This document shows positions 39,269 through 49,889 of a stretch of DNA of 64,000 nt, one piece after another; positions within the stretch are counted from its first letter, which is position 1, and every line of letters begins with the position of its first letter. A program made the translations under genes and the position numbers. This DNA comes from an uncultured virus (IMG/VR IMGVR_UViG_3300028241_002116) (taxonomy: Duplodnaviria > Heunggongvirae > Uroviricota > Caudoviricetes), in IMG/VR virus record IMGVR_UViG_3300028241_002116; one strand, given 5' to 3'. The notes under the pieces are model-generated. The model was not told the DNA's origin, ran no database searches, and saw only the letters and a list, made by a program, of their open reading frames with translations.

Positions 39269-39695
39269 TTACTTCATAGATGGTTTTTTAATCAGGCATT
39301 TCAATATATTCCCTGCTAATTTTGATAAGGAAAATCTATTTGAAGAACAGAAGATTTTCCTTATTTATTTAATGGGTATAATACCAGACTTTGACTCATG
39401 GAGACTGAATGTAGATTATAAGATCAGACTCGATGAAATCAAGAAAATGAAGTCCGTCAAAATAGATGATACAATTCTTGACATGGCAAGATTGCAGGAA
39501 AAGGATTTAAAACAAGTCGAAAGAGAAGAGTTGTTAAAGGAAAAGAAAAAGAAAATTAAAGAACTTAATAAAAAGTTCGGTATTGATGAAGATGAAATTG
39601 TGATAGAAAAAACAGTTGAAACAAAAGAGGATATACATGACAATAATCCGGCAAGGTTATGGGAGATCCTTCAAGGCAAAGGACTGGTGAAATAG
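39249..39695 (+). CDS. tail assembly chaperone (T-like), possibly reached by frameshift
   Basis: Overlaps the upstream gene in the +1 frame, open from the A9 run. Confidence 0.6.
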   Translation: MESKKDDYFIDGFLIRHFNIFPANFDKENLFEEQKIFLIYLMGIIPDFDSWRLNVDYKIRLDEIKKMKSVKIDDTILDMARLQEKDLKQVEREELLKEKKKKIKELNKKFGIDEDEIVIEKTVETKEDIHDNNPARLWEILQGKGLVK

Positions 39696-41315
39696 ATGGA
39701 ATATAACATAAATTTCAAATATAAAAGCGGTGGAGGGACTGCATCTTCTGGAATGGGTGCGGTTACAAGTGCAAGACAAAGGGCTATTCAGGCAAGTCAA
39801 AGATCAGCACAAGTTGGCACTGTTAAACCGGATGAAAATTCAAGAAAGCTTGTTGATTCAAATATAAAACTTACAACTTCAATTCTTAAACTCAATCAAT
39901 CAGTTACTATGCTTACCGCAGTTATGAAAAACCGTCCTGTTGGTGGAGGCGGTGGAGGAACTGCGCCAGTTTTAGGAGGTAACTCCGGTAATTCAGGATT
40001 AGGGAGTGTGGGAGCTGCTCTTGGTTTTGTCGGTGTTCCGGTAGCGTTAGCCGGATTTGCAGTACAGAAAATAAATCAAATTGGAAATGCTTATATCGAA
40101 AAAGTTTCTCAGCAAAAAGGAACAGTCGGTATTGGAGGTTTCAGAACTGAAAGAGTTGGAGCTTATTTAGGCCCTGAAGTTTCACAGGCTTATAAAGCAC
40201 ATAGAATGGCAACCGGAAAATTCAAAGGAGATATTGATCCGCTTGCCTTGAAGATGGGGACTATTTATGGATTAAGTGCTGAGGAAGTCGGTAGACAATC
40301 CGGTCAGATGGCGAGGTTCGGTCAATCTTATGGAGGTATTGCAGGAATAGGGGCATCCGCAGGGATAGAAACTGAGCTTCCGAGATTTACACAGGCTATT
40401 GCTTCAGAATTGGAAGAGGCTGTTAAAAAAGGGATAAACGCTTCTGATATGACAAGCGATATAGGTGAAGAGGTCGCAAAATTAACAGCAAATACCAGAA
40501 CTCAAAGCGTAGAAATGGCTTTAAATATAATAGGGAAAACAAAGTCAACAAAAGAAAGTGCTGCAAAAGGTCAGATAAGTGGTATGGAATCACTTATGAC
40601 ATGGAAAGCCGGAGAGTCAAAATTGATGGAACAGCTTCAAGGGAAAGAAAGAAATAATTTAATTTCAAAACTTGAAGAACAAGGATTATTAGAAAAAGGA
40701 GAAGCTGATAAATTAAGAACAGGTGATGTTTCTAAAGGTGGGGCTATAAACTCTCAATATATAAGACAAGTCATAGGGCAAGGGGGGTATTCCTCTCTTG
40801 TCAGAGATACTATTTCCGGTATGAGTGGTGGAGAATCTGCAAGACGTTCCATGTTGGAAGTTCAAAAAGTCTGGGGTACAGGAACAAAAGCTTTCAGGCA
40901 GTGGAACGCAATGTATCCATCAATGGGTGGAGACTTAGAGCAAAATGAAGTTTTAGCAATGTGGAAAACAGCGCAAGATCCCCGAAAATTTGATAAAGTT
41001 GTCGGTGGAGAAAAAATAAAAAAACAATTTGCAGCGGTTGAAGAAACAGCACCGATGCTTGGTGTTCAAAAAGCTCAAATGATGGATGATTTATTATATA
41101 AGTATGGCAATAGTTTTGCCACAGCAAGTTTAAAGATGGAAAAAGAACTTATCAGGATGGCTGATGCCTTAGCAAAAACAGCTATTCCGGCAATTGAAAA
41201 AGCTTTTGGCGGTAAATTAGGACAGGCTTCAAAAGCAGAAAAAGAAGCAGCGAGAAAGACAATGAAAGAAACTCCATCATGGACTTGGGGTGATGATAAT
41301 TCTCTTGGATTGTAA
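39696..41315 (+). CDS. tape measure protein (short)
   Basis: G/A-rich helical protein, 539 aa, after the chaperones. Confidence 0.75.
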   Translation: MEYNINFKYKSGGGTASSGMGAVTSARQRAIQASQRSAQVGTVKPDENSRKLVDSNIKLTTSILKLNQSVTMLTAVMKNRPVGGGGGGTAPVLGGNSGNSGLGSVGAALGFVGVPVALAGFAVQKINQIGNAYIEKVSQQKGTVGIGGFRTERVGAYLGPEVSQAYKAHRMATGKFKGDIDPLALKMGTIYGLSAEEVGRQSGQMARFGQSYGGIAGIGASAGIETELPRFTQAIASELEEAVKKGINASDMTSDIGEEVAKLTANTRTQSVEMALNIIGKTKSTKESAAKGQISGMESLMTWKAGESKLMEQLQGKERNNLISKLEEQGLLEKGEADKLRTGDVSKGGAINSQYIRQVIGQGGYSSLVRDTISGMSGGESARRSMLEVQKVWGTGTKAFRQWNAMYPSMGGDLEQNEVLAMWKTAQDPRKFDKVVGGEKIKKQFAAVEETAPMLGVQKAQMMDDLLYKYGNSFATASLKMEKELIRMADALAKTAIPAIEKAFGGKLGQASKAEKEAARKTMKETPSWTWGDDNSLGL

Positions 41316-41333
41316 TTAAAGGAAAAAATATAT

Positions 41334-43103
41334 ATGGCTACTCAGAACATAGTATCATATTCAAAAGACATGATTAACAATCCTGGGAATATCAGGAAAA
41401 TAGTTTTTAACGCTGGAATTGAATCTTCTCTTGAATATGCTGAACCACAGAGAAACAAAGCACCTAAAATACAGCTTTTATTTTCTCCTTTTGGACTTCC
41501 TTTTATACCGCTTGAAATAGTGGGATCTGATGTCGGTAAAATAATTTCAAACTTTAGCTGGACTAAAGACAGAACGAATCCTGGAGGGATATGTAATATA
41601 ACGATTACTCCAGACTCTAAACTGATTCAGGACATGGTTAATCTTTTAAATAAATTTTCTGGAAATTTATATTCAAGGCTATGGGGTGAATTAGGCGTAG
41701 ACTTGGAAGATTTATTTAAGCCGATGACACTTTGTCAGTTATGGATTGACGGTTATCATGTAATGACCGGAACAGTTACATCTTGTCAAAGAGGCGCAAG
41801 TGTAGAAAATGATTCTAAAAATGTTTCATATAATATAATTATAAATGAATTAGGTTGTATTTATGATTCAAACGTTGTCAGCCTTGATACAATAATTTTT
41901 GATGGTATGCAGACAAATATCGTAGATGTTGACAAGGCAGCTTTTGAACTTGTTTCCAATATCAAAGCCGTACCTCTTGATGTCGGTATATCTGCATTAT
42001 GTACTGCTTTTTTGGCAACACTTTTTACAGGTGGTATGTCAGCCAGTGACGGATTACCCGTATCATTAAGAATGTTTGCGACAAAAAATCCATTAGGAGC
42101 TTTATCTAATCTTTCTTATGCTCAAAATATGATAGTTGATACAGCAATGTTTGAACTTGCAGGGGGGCAATCTTTTTGGGGATTTCTTAAAAACTTCATA
42201 CCTAATCCCTGGATGGAATTGTTTACAGAGTCAGGTGGAAGAACAATGGTTGTTGATACTTTAGGTGTTCCATCTATTCTTTTCCCCGGATTTAATTATG
42301 TTGTGGCTCGTTCTGTTCCATATTCCAATCCTTTAATCGGTATTGTAAATCCCTTTCATTTATCAAGCACTTTACCGTATGACTTAAATGCTTTAAGTTT
42401 AATGCTTGGTGGAGATTTTATCATTATTACAGATGAAGATATTGAAGATAAAACTTTAGGTTTTGATTCAAGTAATCAAAGCACTGTTTTTCATACACGA
42501 TATTCCGCAAATGGTGGAATGATGCCGATGGATAACGATGATAAACCGATTCATTCCGTTGGGCCTCTTAATCCTCTTGCAAGTGGGGGAGTTAAAACTT
42601 TTGGAAATAGGGATATGTTTCAGTCAATCAACTGTACTCATTTATTTAATCTGGGAACAGCTATGAATTATGTGGAACGTATCGCAAAAAATAAACTTGG
42701 ATTTCCGTTGACCGTAATGTCAAAACCTGCGTTGTCTAATTTGCTTACGGTATGGTTTAGAAATCAGTCAAGGTTTAGAGAAGGTGAGGTTACAACAAGA
42801 TATATACCTTATGCAAGACCTGGAATGTATTGCTTATATCTTCCTTCTTTATCCGGTAAAAAACCTGAGAATTTAAGAGATATAGGAATTTATTATATTG
42901 ATAGCTTAACTCATTCTTATTCTTTGAGTAATAAAGATGTTGTTTTTAATACAAAGCTTAATTTGATAAGAGGCGTTCCGTTGCCGACAACGATAGCTCA
43001 ATCTGCATTACTGCTTTTTGATTATGAAATTTTACCTCCTGAAAGTGGTGTGTCCGGTGATGGTGAATATAGGATTTTATCAGCATTAAGAAGGACTATA
43101 TAA
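41334..43103 (+). CDS. baseplate hub protein
   Basis: NPWMELF, ARPGM..YYIDSLTHSY..LIRG. Confidence 0.65.
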   Translation: MATQNIVSYSKDMINNPGNIRKIVFNAGIESSLEYAEPQRNKAPKIQLLFSPFGLPFIPLEIVGSDVGKIISNFSWTKDRTNPGGICNITITPDSKLIQDMVNLLNKFSGNLYSRLWGELGVDLEDLFKPMTLCQLWIDGYHVMTGTVTSCQRGASVENDSKNVSYNIIINELGCIYDSNVVSLDTIIFDGMQTNIVDVDKAAFELVSNIKAVPLDVGISALCTAFLATLFTGGMSASDGLPVSLRMFATKNPLGALSNLSYAQNMIVDTAMFELAGGQSFWGFLKNFIPNPWMELFTESGGRTMVVDTLGVPSILFPGFNYVVARSVPYSNPLIGIVNPFHLSSTLPYDLNALSLMLGGDFIIITDEDIEDKTLGFDSSNQSTVFHTRYSANGGMMPMDNDDKPIHSVGPLNPLASGGVKTFGNRDMFQSINCTHLFNLGTAMNYVERIAKNKLGFPLTVMSKPALSNLLTVWFRNQSRFREGEVTTRYIPYARPGMYCLYLPSLSGKKPENLRDIGIYYIDSLTHSYSLSNKDVVFNTKLNLIRGVPLPTTIAQSALLLFDYEILPPESGVSGDGEYRILSALRRTI

Positions 43104-43104
43104 A

Positions 43105-43992
43105 ATGAACAGGCAGAGAAAACTTAGCAAGGTTAACGGTAAAGATACTCATGTCAGAAGTCAGGAGAGAGATTTATTTCAGAGACAATCAGTAAAAACT
43201 TTTGAAATAAAAACAGGGGAAGTGTTTTTAAATCAGATAGAACCTGTATTTAAACAAAATGCTGTATCAATAAATCTGTCTAAAGGAGGCAGAATAGAAG
43301 GAGTTCCGTTGCCGGGAGCTTTTATTGATCCGATTACAGGCAATTTGCATGGATCTTATGAAGGCCCGATCCCCGGTCAGATGATTTCTGTTGGTTTTGT
43401 CGATGGAAATTCAGCTTCTCCTATTATATTAAATAGATACCCATATCAGGGAAAAGGAAATACGCTTTTTGAAGGTAGTTTTATTACGCCAATGTTTCTT
43501 GCCGGATATGATGCAACAGATGTTCTTTTAGGACATTTTACCGGATCTAAAATAGGATTATATACAGGTTTAAACGTTCTTGGAGGGCATCTTCCTGGAA
43601 GTATAGGAATCGAGGCTTTTACTGAATGTAATATTACAGCTAATACTACAATATTGGTTAATGCTCTTGTTTCTGCTGAGGTTAAATCTGCTTTAACAAC
43701 TATTAAAGGATTAACTAAAGCTGAAATAACAGCACCATTAACAAGCGTAAAAGGTAATACAAAGGTTGAAGTCTCTGCTCCTCTGATTACTATTGATGGA
43801 ACAGCAACTGTTGAAATCAATGGGAATACAAAAAGTTTTGTCACACACACGGAGCTTGACACGGCTTTACAATTATATGTAACTGCTGTAAATACTTTAT
43901 TTGCATCAAAGCTTGATGGAAGTGGAAGCCCCGGAACTGCTGTATTAAATATAACCGCTGCTAAAACAATAAAGACTCTTACAGGTGGTTAA
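43105..43992 (+). CDS. baseplate spike (gpV/gp5-like)
   Basis: PIPGQMISVGFVDG OB-fold motif followed by beta-helix repeats. Confidence 0.7.
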   Translation: MNRQRKLSKVNGKDTHVRSQERDLFQRQSVKTFEIKTGEVFLNQIEPVFKQNAVSINLSKGGRIEGVPLPGAFIDPITGNLHGSYEGPIPGQMISVGFVDGNSASPIILNRYPYQGKGNTLFEGSFITPMFLAGYDATDVLLGHFTGSKIGLYTGLNVLGGHLPGSIGIEAFTECNITANTTILVNALVSAEVKSALTTIKGLTKAEITAPLTSVKGNTKVEVSAPLITIDGTATVEINGNTKSFVTHTELDTALQLYVTAVNTLFASKLDGSGSPGTAVLNITAAKTIKTLTGG

Positions 43993-45005
43993 AGAAAATT
44001 CTTATGTTCTTCTTTCAGCATATCTTCAATATTTTTGTTAATCGCTGAACCTCTGCAATTATAAAAACATACTTTAGGATCAAAACCTTTGTTTTTGACT
44101 CTACTTAAAAAGTCACTACGACCTTCAAAATAATTTGAGTCTGATATATTACATATTTTATAGTTTTCATTCCCGATTACATGACAACAGGTATAAACAT
44201 CACCATGAACATCAATTGTATATATAAAATCTGATGCGTGGCATTTAGAGAATTGAAATTTTTTGAAATAGATACTATTCCATTTATTTGAAACAATTAC
44301 TTTCGGTTTATTACTGAATATAAGCTGAGTGTTTAACAATTCCATATTAAATTTCTCATAAGGATTTTCATTTATCAGTGATTCAATTGGTCTGACTTGA
44401 ATATAATCAATATCAGGCAATAGGTTTAACAGCATAATTACATGAGATTCAAGATTCATATAATTATTCTCATTGACTACGATTTGCAGACCTATTGTAG
44501 TTTTTGAATTTATTTTATTTTTCTTATCGGTTAGTTTTTTTATATTACAGATTACTTTTTCAAAAGATTCTGTCCCTCTGATTTTCTTATAAGTTTCTTT
44601 GTCTCCTGCATCTATTGAGATTCTAACCCATGTGAAGCGGTTTAAATACCAGTCAATCAGTGTATCAGACATTATAATTCCGTTGGTTATCATGCCTAAG
44701 TCTATATTTTCCGGTATTGAATCGAAAGCATGAAACAAGTTTTTATTAAGAGTTGATTCCCCTCCCCCTGAGAAATAAGCTCCTTTAATGCCTGTATTTT
44801 TCAGGAAAGAATTCAGATGATTTATGTTATCAAGACTCATATCCTGATTGTCATGGTTGTTTTTCTGACCGCAATAAAAACAGTTATTATTACACCTGTT
44901 TGAAAGGTGAATCTCTGCTGTTATTGGTGCTGATTGTCCATGTCTTAAAAAACTGTCAAATCTTTCAGGATGATAAAAAACTTTGTCAGGCTTGATATAT
45001 TTCAA
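43989..45005 (-). CDS. radical SAM / SPASM-twitch enzyme
   Basis: CNNNCFYC, FSGGGE, TNG, GDVYTCC. Confidence 0.92.
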   Translation of the reverse strand: MKYIKPDKVFYHPERFDSFLRHGQSAPITAEIHLSNRCNNNCFYCGQKNNHDNQDMSLDNINHLNSFLKNTGIKGAYFSGGGESTLNKNLFHAFDSIPENIDLGMITNGIIMSDTLIDWYLNRFTWVRISIDAGDKETYKKIRGTESFEKVICNIKKLTDKKNKINSKTTIGLQIVVNENNYMNLESHVIMLLNLLPDIDYIQVRPIESLINENPYEKFNMELLNTQLIFSNKPKVIVSNKWNSIYFKKFQFSKCHASDFIYTIDVHGDVYTCCHVIGNENYKICNISDSNYFEGRSDFLSRVKNKGFDPKVCFYNCRGSAINKNIEDMLKEEHKNFL

Positions 45006-46081
45006 AACAGTTCACCTCTGATTATTTTATCGAAGTCTTCAAGTGCATTTTTAACCGTTACATCCATGTCGTTATATTTATAAGTTCCGAGTCTGCCAGC
45101 AAACAGAATATTTTTTTCTTCCTGAGCAAGCTCAAAATATTTCATATATTTAATTAGATTTTCTCCATTTTCAACCGGATAATAAGGATTATCATTGTCT
45201 ATACAAGGATATTCAACAGCGGTTACAGTATAATTTTTGTCAAAACCTTCATTAAATGGATTGAAGTGTTTGAACTCTGTAACTCTGGTATGAGGGTATT
45301 TTTTTTCAGGAAAGTGCATAACGCTGATCCCCTGAAAGTCTTTCATCCTGTGTTCATGCAGACAGAATTTAAGAGATCTCCAGTCTAATATGCCATATTT
45401 ATAATCGAAATATCGATCAATCGGGCCTGTGTATATAACCTTATTAACGCTGTGTCCTGTAAAAAAATCTGTATTTAATTCAACATCAATTCCCTCAAGC
45501 ATTTTTATAAACAAAGCATTATATCCGTTATGAGGCACTCCCTGGTAATAATCGTTGAAATAAGAATCGTTAAAATCTGAACGAACAGGGATTCTTTTTA
45601 TAATTGATGCAGGTAATAATTTTGGATCACAATGCCATTGTTTTTCTGTATATCCTTTGATAAACATTTCATAAAGTGTTTCACCTATTTCATTGATACA
45701 CCATTCCTCTAAGCTGCAATCAGGCTCTATATACTTTGATTTTACAGATAAAGAATCTTTTCCGAAAACTTCCATTATCGTTTTAAGATTTATCGGAAAA
45801 GAATAAAGCCTGTCTCCATGTCTTGACAATACCTTATGCGTAAACTGCCTAAACTCTCCAAACTGAGTAATATAATTCCAGATATGTTTATCGCTGGTAT
45901 GAAAAACATGAGGGCCATATAAGTGAACATCAATTCCGTTCATATCAACGGAGGCACAATTACCGCCAATTCTGTCACGTTTATCAATTACCAGAACTTT
46001 ATATCCGACACTGTGTAATCTCTCTGCAATTGTGCAACCGTATAGCCCTGCACCTACGACAAGGAAATCGTAATTTTTCAA
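45002..46081 (-). CDS. glf: UDP-galactopyranose mutase
   Basis: GAGLYG, HLYGPHVFHT, GYTEKQW, RIPVR, TEFKHF, PYYP, GRLGTYKY. Confidence 0.95.
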   Translation of the reverse strand: MKNYDFLVVGAGLYGCTIAERLHSVGYKVLVIDKRDRIGGNCASVDMNGIDVHLYGPHVFHTSDKHIWNYITQFGEFRQFTHKVLSRHGDRLYSFPINLKTIMEVFGKDSLSVKSKYIEPDCSLEEWCINEIGETLYEMFIKGYTEKQWHCDPKLLPASIIKRIPVRSDFNDSYFNDYYQGVPHNGYNALFIKMLEGIDVELNTDFFTGHSVNKVIYTGPIDRYFDYKYGILDWRSLKFCLHEHRMKDFQGISVMHFPEKKYPHTRVTEFKHFNPFNEGFDKNYTVTAVEYPCIDNDNPYYPVENGENLIKYMKYFELAQEEKNILFAGRLGTYKYNDMDVTVKNALEDFDKIIRGELF

Positions 46082-46871
46082 AACAATTTCTCCTTTTGAC
46101 TTTGAACTGCTTCATTTATTCGTTTTTCGGCTATATTAAAATATGTTTCTTCTTTTTCTATTCCGATAAAGTTACGATTTGTATTTACACAAGCGACTCC
46201 GGTACTACCTGAACCCATAGTGTTATCAAGTACAGTTTCATTTTCAAGGGTGTATGTTTTTATTAGGTATTCTAAAAGGGCAACGGGTTTTTCTGTTGGA
46301 TGACTTCTATTTGTTCGCAAATTTCCTATTCCGTACTCCTGAATTGATACCGGATAATATTGATCGTTTTCAGTTTCAAGACAAAATCCTTTTCCGCCGT
46401 TTATTTCCGATGTTTTTAGTTTCATTTTTTTTCTAAATTTGCCTTTTGTTTTTATCGGATAATATATTTTAGAATTAAATATTGATACAATTTCGTGTAT
46501 TTTTAACGGCTGTTGTTTTGCTAAAATTCCATTTCCGGCAAGTTTTTTATTCCATATCCAATCATATCTATAATTCTTAATATTGCTCATTCTCAACGCA
46601 CTTGAAAACGGCTCACTACCGAAAAGTGCAATACACCCTCTATCTTTTATAATTCTATTATATTCTTTCCACAACGGATCGAATGGAATTACAACATCCC
46701 ATTTGCAAGCAGTTGTTCCATTATTCAGCCATAGGGCAGATCACACAAAATCATATCTATTGACTTTGATTCTATGTACTTCATAGCTTCTAAACAATCA
46801 GCATTTATTAAGCTATTCAGTTGAATTTGCCCTATGGTTTTTACCTCCTCTATGTTATTAAAAATAATCAT
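46078..46871 (-). pseudogene. N4/N6 DNA methyltransferase interrupted at DLPYG (pseudogene or recoded gene)
   Basis: ATG 46871 reads ...DMILCDLPYG then TGA 46727-46725; GTTACKWD... resumes in another frame at 46719 and includes HPTEKP and DNTMGSGSTG. Confidence 0.85.
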
Positions 46872-47446
46872 ATATCCTCCCTTTTATTTTGTTCAGCTTC
46901 TTTAATTCTTTTCTTCGCTATGTCAAAATATGTCTCTTCTTTTTCAATTCCTATAAAGTTACGTTTTGTATTTATACAGGCAATTCCTGTTGAGCCTGAA
47001 CCCATAAAGGGATCACAAATTACACCCTCTATTTTTGCGTAGTTTATAATAGACTCTAAGACAGCCAAAGGCTTTTGACTTTTATGATTGAAAAATTTTT
47101 CCTTTGCAAAATTCGCCGATACTGTACTATTTATACGATGCCCTCTAAAAACCTTTTGTTTTTTATATCCATTTCTTTCATAAATAAAATCATATTGATT
47201 TGCCGCCCCTGTAATTTTATCCCATACATGTATTGCTGTATAATCCAATGGGAATTTACTCTTTGCACTCCAAAAAATAAATTGTCTACAAGTAAATTTA
47301 TCAAGTATATCTATTATCCCATCAAAGTAATAAAATTCTTTTGTATAATAATCAGGGTAAGGTATATCACATAAAATCATATCAATACTTTTATCCGGTA
47401 TTGTCGGCATTATTTCTAAACAGTCACCGTGATATAATTCAATCAT
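46868..47446 (-). CDS. N4/N6 DNA methyltransferase
   Basis: GDCLE, DIPY, HKSQKP, DPFMGSGSTG. Confidence 0.88.
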   Translation of the reverse strand: MIELYHGDCLEIMPTIPDKSIDMILCDIPYPDYYTKEFYYFDGIIDILDKFTCRQFIFWSAKSKFPLDYTAIHVWDKITGAANQYDFIYERNGYKKQKVFRGHRINSTVSANFAKEKFFNHKSQKPLAVLESIINYAKIEGVICDPFMGSGSTGIACINTKRNFIGIEKEETYFDIAKKRIKEAEQNKREDI

Positions 47447-48281
47447 TTCTAAACAGATCCTCCGGTATAGGATCAAAAACATATTCCATTTTATTGTTAT
47501 CTTTCAGGCTCTTATCATTATTACATATTTGCCTTTGACCGTTTATGGTTATAAGTCTGTCAGGCCATATCTTCTTTAAAAAGTCAGGATCTTTTTCAAG
47601 GTCTTTATCCATGTAAAAAAATCCATATTTATTAATCCAGTTTTTACGCTGAAGTTTTGTCTTGCTGTCATACTGTTCAAAATTACGTTCTGGAAAATGT
47701 GCAAAGAAAGCAATTTCAGGATTGATTTTTATGATATTATCGCAACCCTCTATATTATGAAAACCTGTGATAAAGGACATTTTATCATTGAATTTACCAC
47801 AAGTCTTGATCCATCCTGCATCCGTTACATCCATGTAATCTTTGCATCGATATTTCATATTGATAAAAGCATCTGTGTAAATGTCTTTATCTGCTCTATA
47901 ATCAATCCATTTGAAATGTAAAACAATTTCAGTTTTGTTATACTCTGATAAAAATTCCTGAATAGTCTTATGTCTCTTTAAAATCAATAGCTCGTCTGCA
48001 TCGCTTCCTATTATCCAGTCACAACCATCTTCAAGTGCTGAATCTGATAATTTTTTACAGTCTTTTTCATGGTGATGTTCTGGTTTGGAATTGATAAAGA
48101 GATTGATATTCAATTCTGAGAATTTATCTCTGAAGGATTCACATATTGACATTAGTGTAAAATCGGGCATGTGGAGCATTACATAAAAATTGCTTATACC
48201 GATATTTTTATAATATATCAATTGATCGCCAATTACATCGTTATCTTGCGGATTAACTACGGTTATAAGTGCTGGCTTCAT
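47439..48281 (-). CDS. GT2-like glycosyltransferase
   Basis: WIIGSDADE (DxD), GFH, AHF..R. Confidence 0.8.
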   Translation of the reverse strand: MKPALITVVNPQDNDVIGDQLIYYKNIGISNFYVMLHMPDFTLMSICESFRDKFSELNINLFINSKPEHHHEKDCKKLSDSALEDGCDWIIGSDADELLILKRHKTIQEFLSEYNKTEIVLHFKWIDYRADKDIYTDAFINMKYRCKDYMDVTDAGWIKTCGKFNDKMSFITGFHNIEGCDNIIKINPEIAFFAHFPERNFEQYDSKTKLQRKNWINKYGFFYMDKDLEKDPDFLKKIWPDRLITINGQRQICNNDKSLKDNNKMEYVFDPIPEDLFRND

Positions 48282-48865
48282 TTATTCACTCTACAAACTA
48301 TTGTATGTCCGTTTCCGCATTTATCATCTGTTTCCTGATAATCAATAATATTCCAGCCTAAATTATAATTTTCATTACAATAGTCTATTAGATTAATCAT
48401 AGTTTCTAATGTGAAAATCCATATATGACATTTTTCGTCTGTTAAAGGCTGCGGATGATCATATTGATTAATAAAATCTTCAATCTCTGAAACAGGTCTA
48501 TTTACATCGTTTGGATCTGCGTCACGTTTCGGGAATATCATAAAAATAATTCCATTATTTTTTAGAACTCTATTCCATTCCATAAATGCTTTAATCGGAT
48601 TCGGAACGTGTTCTATTACATGAGACGATAAAATATAATCCAGTGTATTATCTTCAAGTGGAATATTTTCAGCATCACCGTACATATCAGGCTCAATATA
48701 TTTTCCACACATGGAAATCTCTGATTGTCTCCAGAATTCAAACTTTTCTTTGTTGGCAAGAAAAAGACAATTTTCAAGCCCGAAGGGATTATGCGCTGCT
48801 GCTCCAATTTCTAAACCTTTACCTTTACAGTATTTATGAGCAAGTTTACTTTCGGGGAAAAACAT
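48278..48865 (-). CDS. class I SAM-dependent methyltransferase (type 11)
   Basis: GLEIGA, DYILSSHVIEH, EWNRVLKNNG. Confidence 0.88.
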   Translation of the reverse strand: MFFPESKLAHKYCKGKGLEIGAAAHNPFGLENCLFLANKEKFEFWRQSEISMCGKYIEPDMYGDAENIPLEDNTLDYILSSHVIEHVPNPIKAFMEWNRVLKNNGIIFMIFPKRDADPNDVNRPVSEIEDFINQYDHPQPLTDEKCHIWIFTLETMINLIDYCNENYNLGWNIIDYQETDDKCGNGHTIVCRVNK

Positions 48866-49845
48866 TAAATATACTCCTCTATTATCTGTATTCTTTTTTG
48901 ATTTATACATGATAATCTCAGATTATCATGTATATACTGAAATCCTTTTTCGTAATTCTCCTGCCTGAATGTTTTGCTTTTTATAACTTTTTCAAGTATA
49001 TACTTAAATCCATCGTCATCTTTATAATTCAATATTCCATCTCTTTGAAATTCCGGTAAATCAGGAGCTATACAGCAAGCACCTGCGAAAGTCCCTTCAA
49101 TAAATGCAATATTGCTTTTGGAATGATTAAAGGGATTATCTACAAGCGGAATAATCTGAATTGATGGTGTAATTTGAGATAAAAACGTATTATATTTAAT
49201 AATTTCCAATTCACTGACTGTCATACAGTTTTTCATTTCATCTGTAACATACCAGGGATCACAACCTATGAAAATCCATTCCCATTCAGGATTGTTATAT
49301 GCAACTGAATGAATTCCGGTTTTGACAGATAACAGGTCTTTTCTGTGAGTGTTTGAGCCTCTCCAAACAATTCTTTGCGCTGTATTATTTCTTCTTTCAA
49401 GTTTATAATTGTAATCATTGAAAGCATTTTCAATGACTATAATATCAGGATTTATGCCTTTGTAGTAATCTTTGATATAATCAGTTGAAACAGTGACAAT
49501 ATCAGCGTTTTTTATAGCATATTCAAGGTTAGAGATTATGTGTTTTTGCGTGAAATATGAAAACCCCGGATTATCTTCCGGTATCTCAGGGAGCAGATCG
49601 TCAAGGTCTATCCAGACTTTAACACCGTAGTTTTTGGCAAGGTTAAGAGTTTCTATATAATTATTTTCAACCGGACGCATGAGGAAAAGAATATCACAGT
49701 CATTAAGAGCAGTCCATGAAATTTGATCAATGTATTCAACCTGAATATTGTTATTGAGTTTATGAAGTTTTTGAAAAGGCCCGATTCCACGATAGAAAGA
49801 GCAAGCACCTTTAGGGGCTACATCACAGATTTTTATCTTTATCAC
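48865..49845 (-). CDS. GT-B (GT4-like) glycosyltransferase
   Basis: FYR..P, IDLDD, ADIVTVST, WRGSNTH, PLVDNPFNHSKSNIAFIE. Confidence 0.85.
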   Translation of the reverse strand: MIKIKICDVAPKGACSFYRGIGPFQKLHKLNNNIQVEYIDQISWTALNDCDILFLMRPVENNYIETLNLAKNYGVKVWIDLDDLLPEIPEDNPGFSYFTQKHIISNLEYAIKNADIVTVSTDYIKDYYKGINPDIIVIENAFNDYNYKLERRNNTAQRIVWRGSNTHRKDLLSVKTGIHSVAYNNPEWEWIFIGCDPWYVTDEMKNCMTVSELEIIKYNTFLSQITPSIQIIPLVDNPFNHSKSNIAFIEGTFAGACCIAPDLPEFQRDGILNYKDDDGFKYILEKVIKSKTFRQENYEKGFQYIHDNLRLSCINQKRIQIIEEYI

Positions 49846-49889
49846 GATTTTTCTCCTTGTGTTGAGTATTAAAACACGACATAAATCAT

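Noticed and set aside
46729..46837. Invertible segment bounded by 10-bp inverted repeats
   Set aside because: No invertase seen, and inversion would not restore the reading frame
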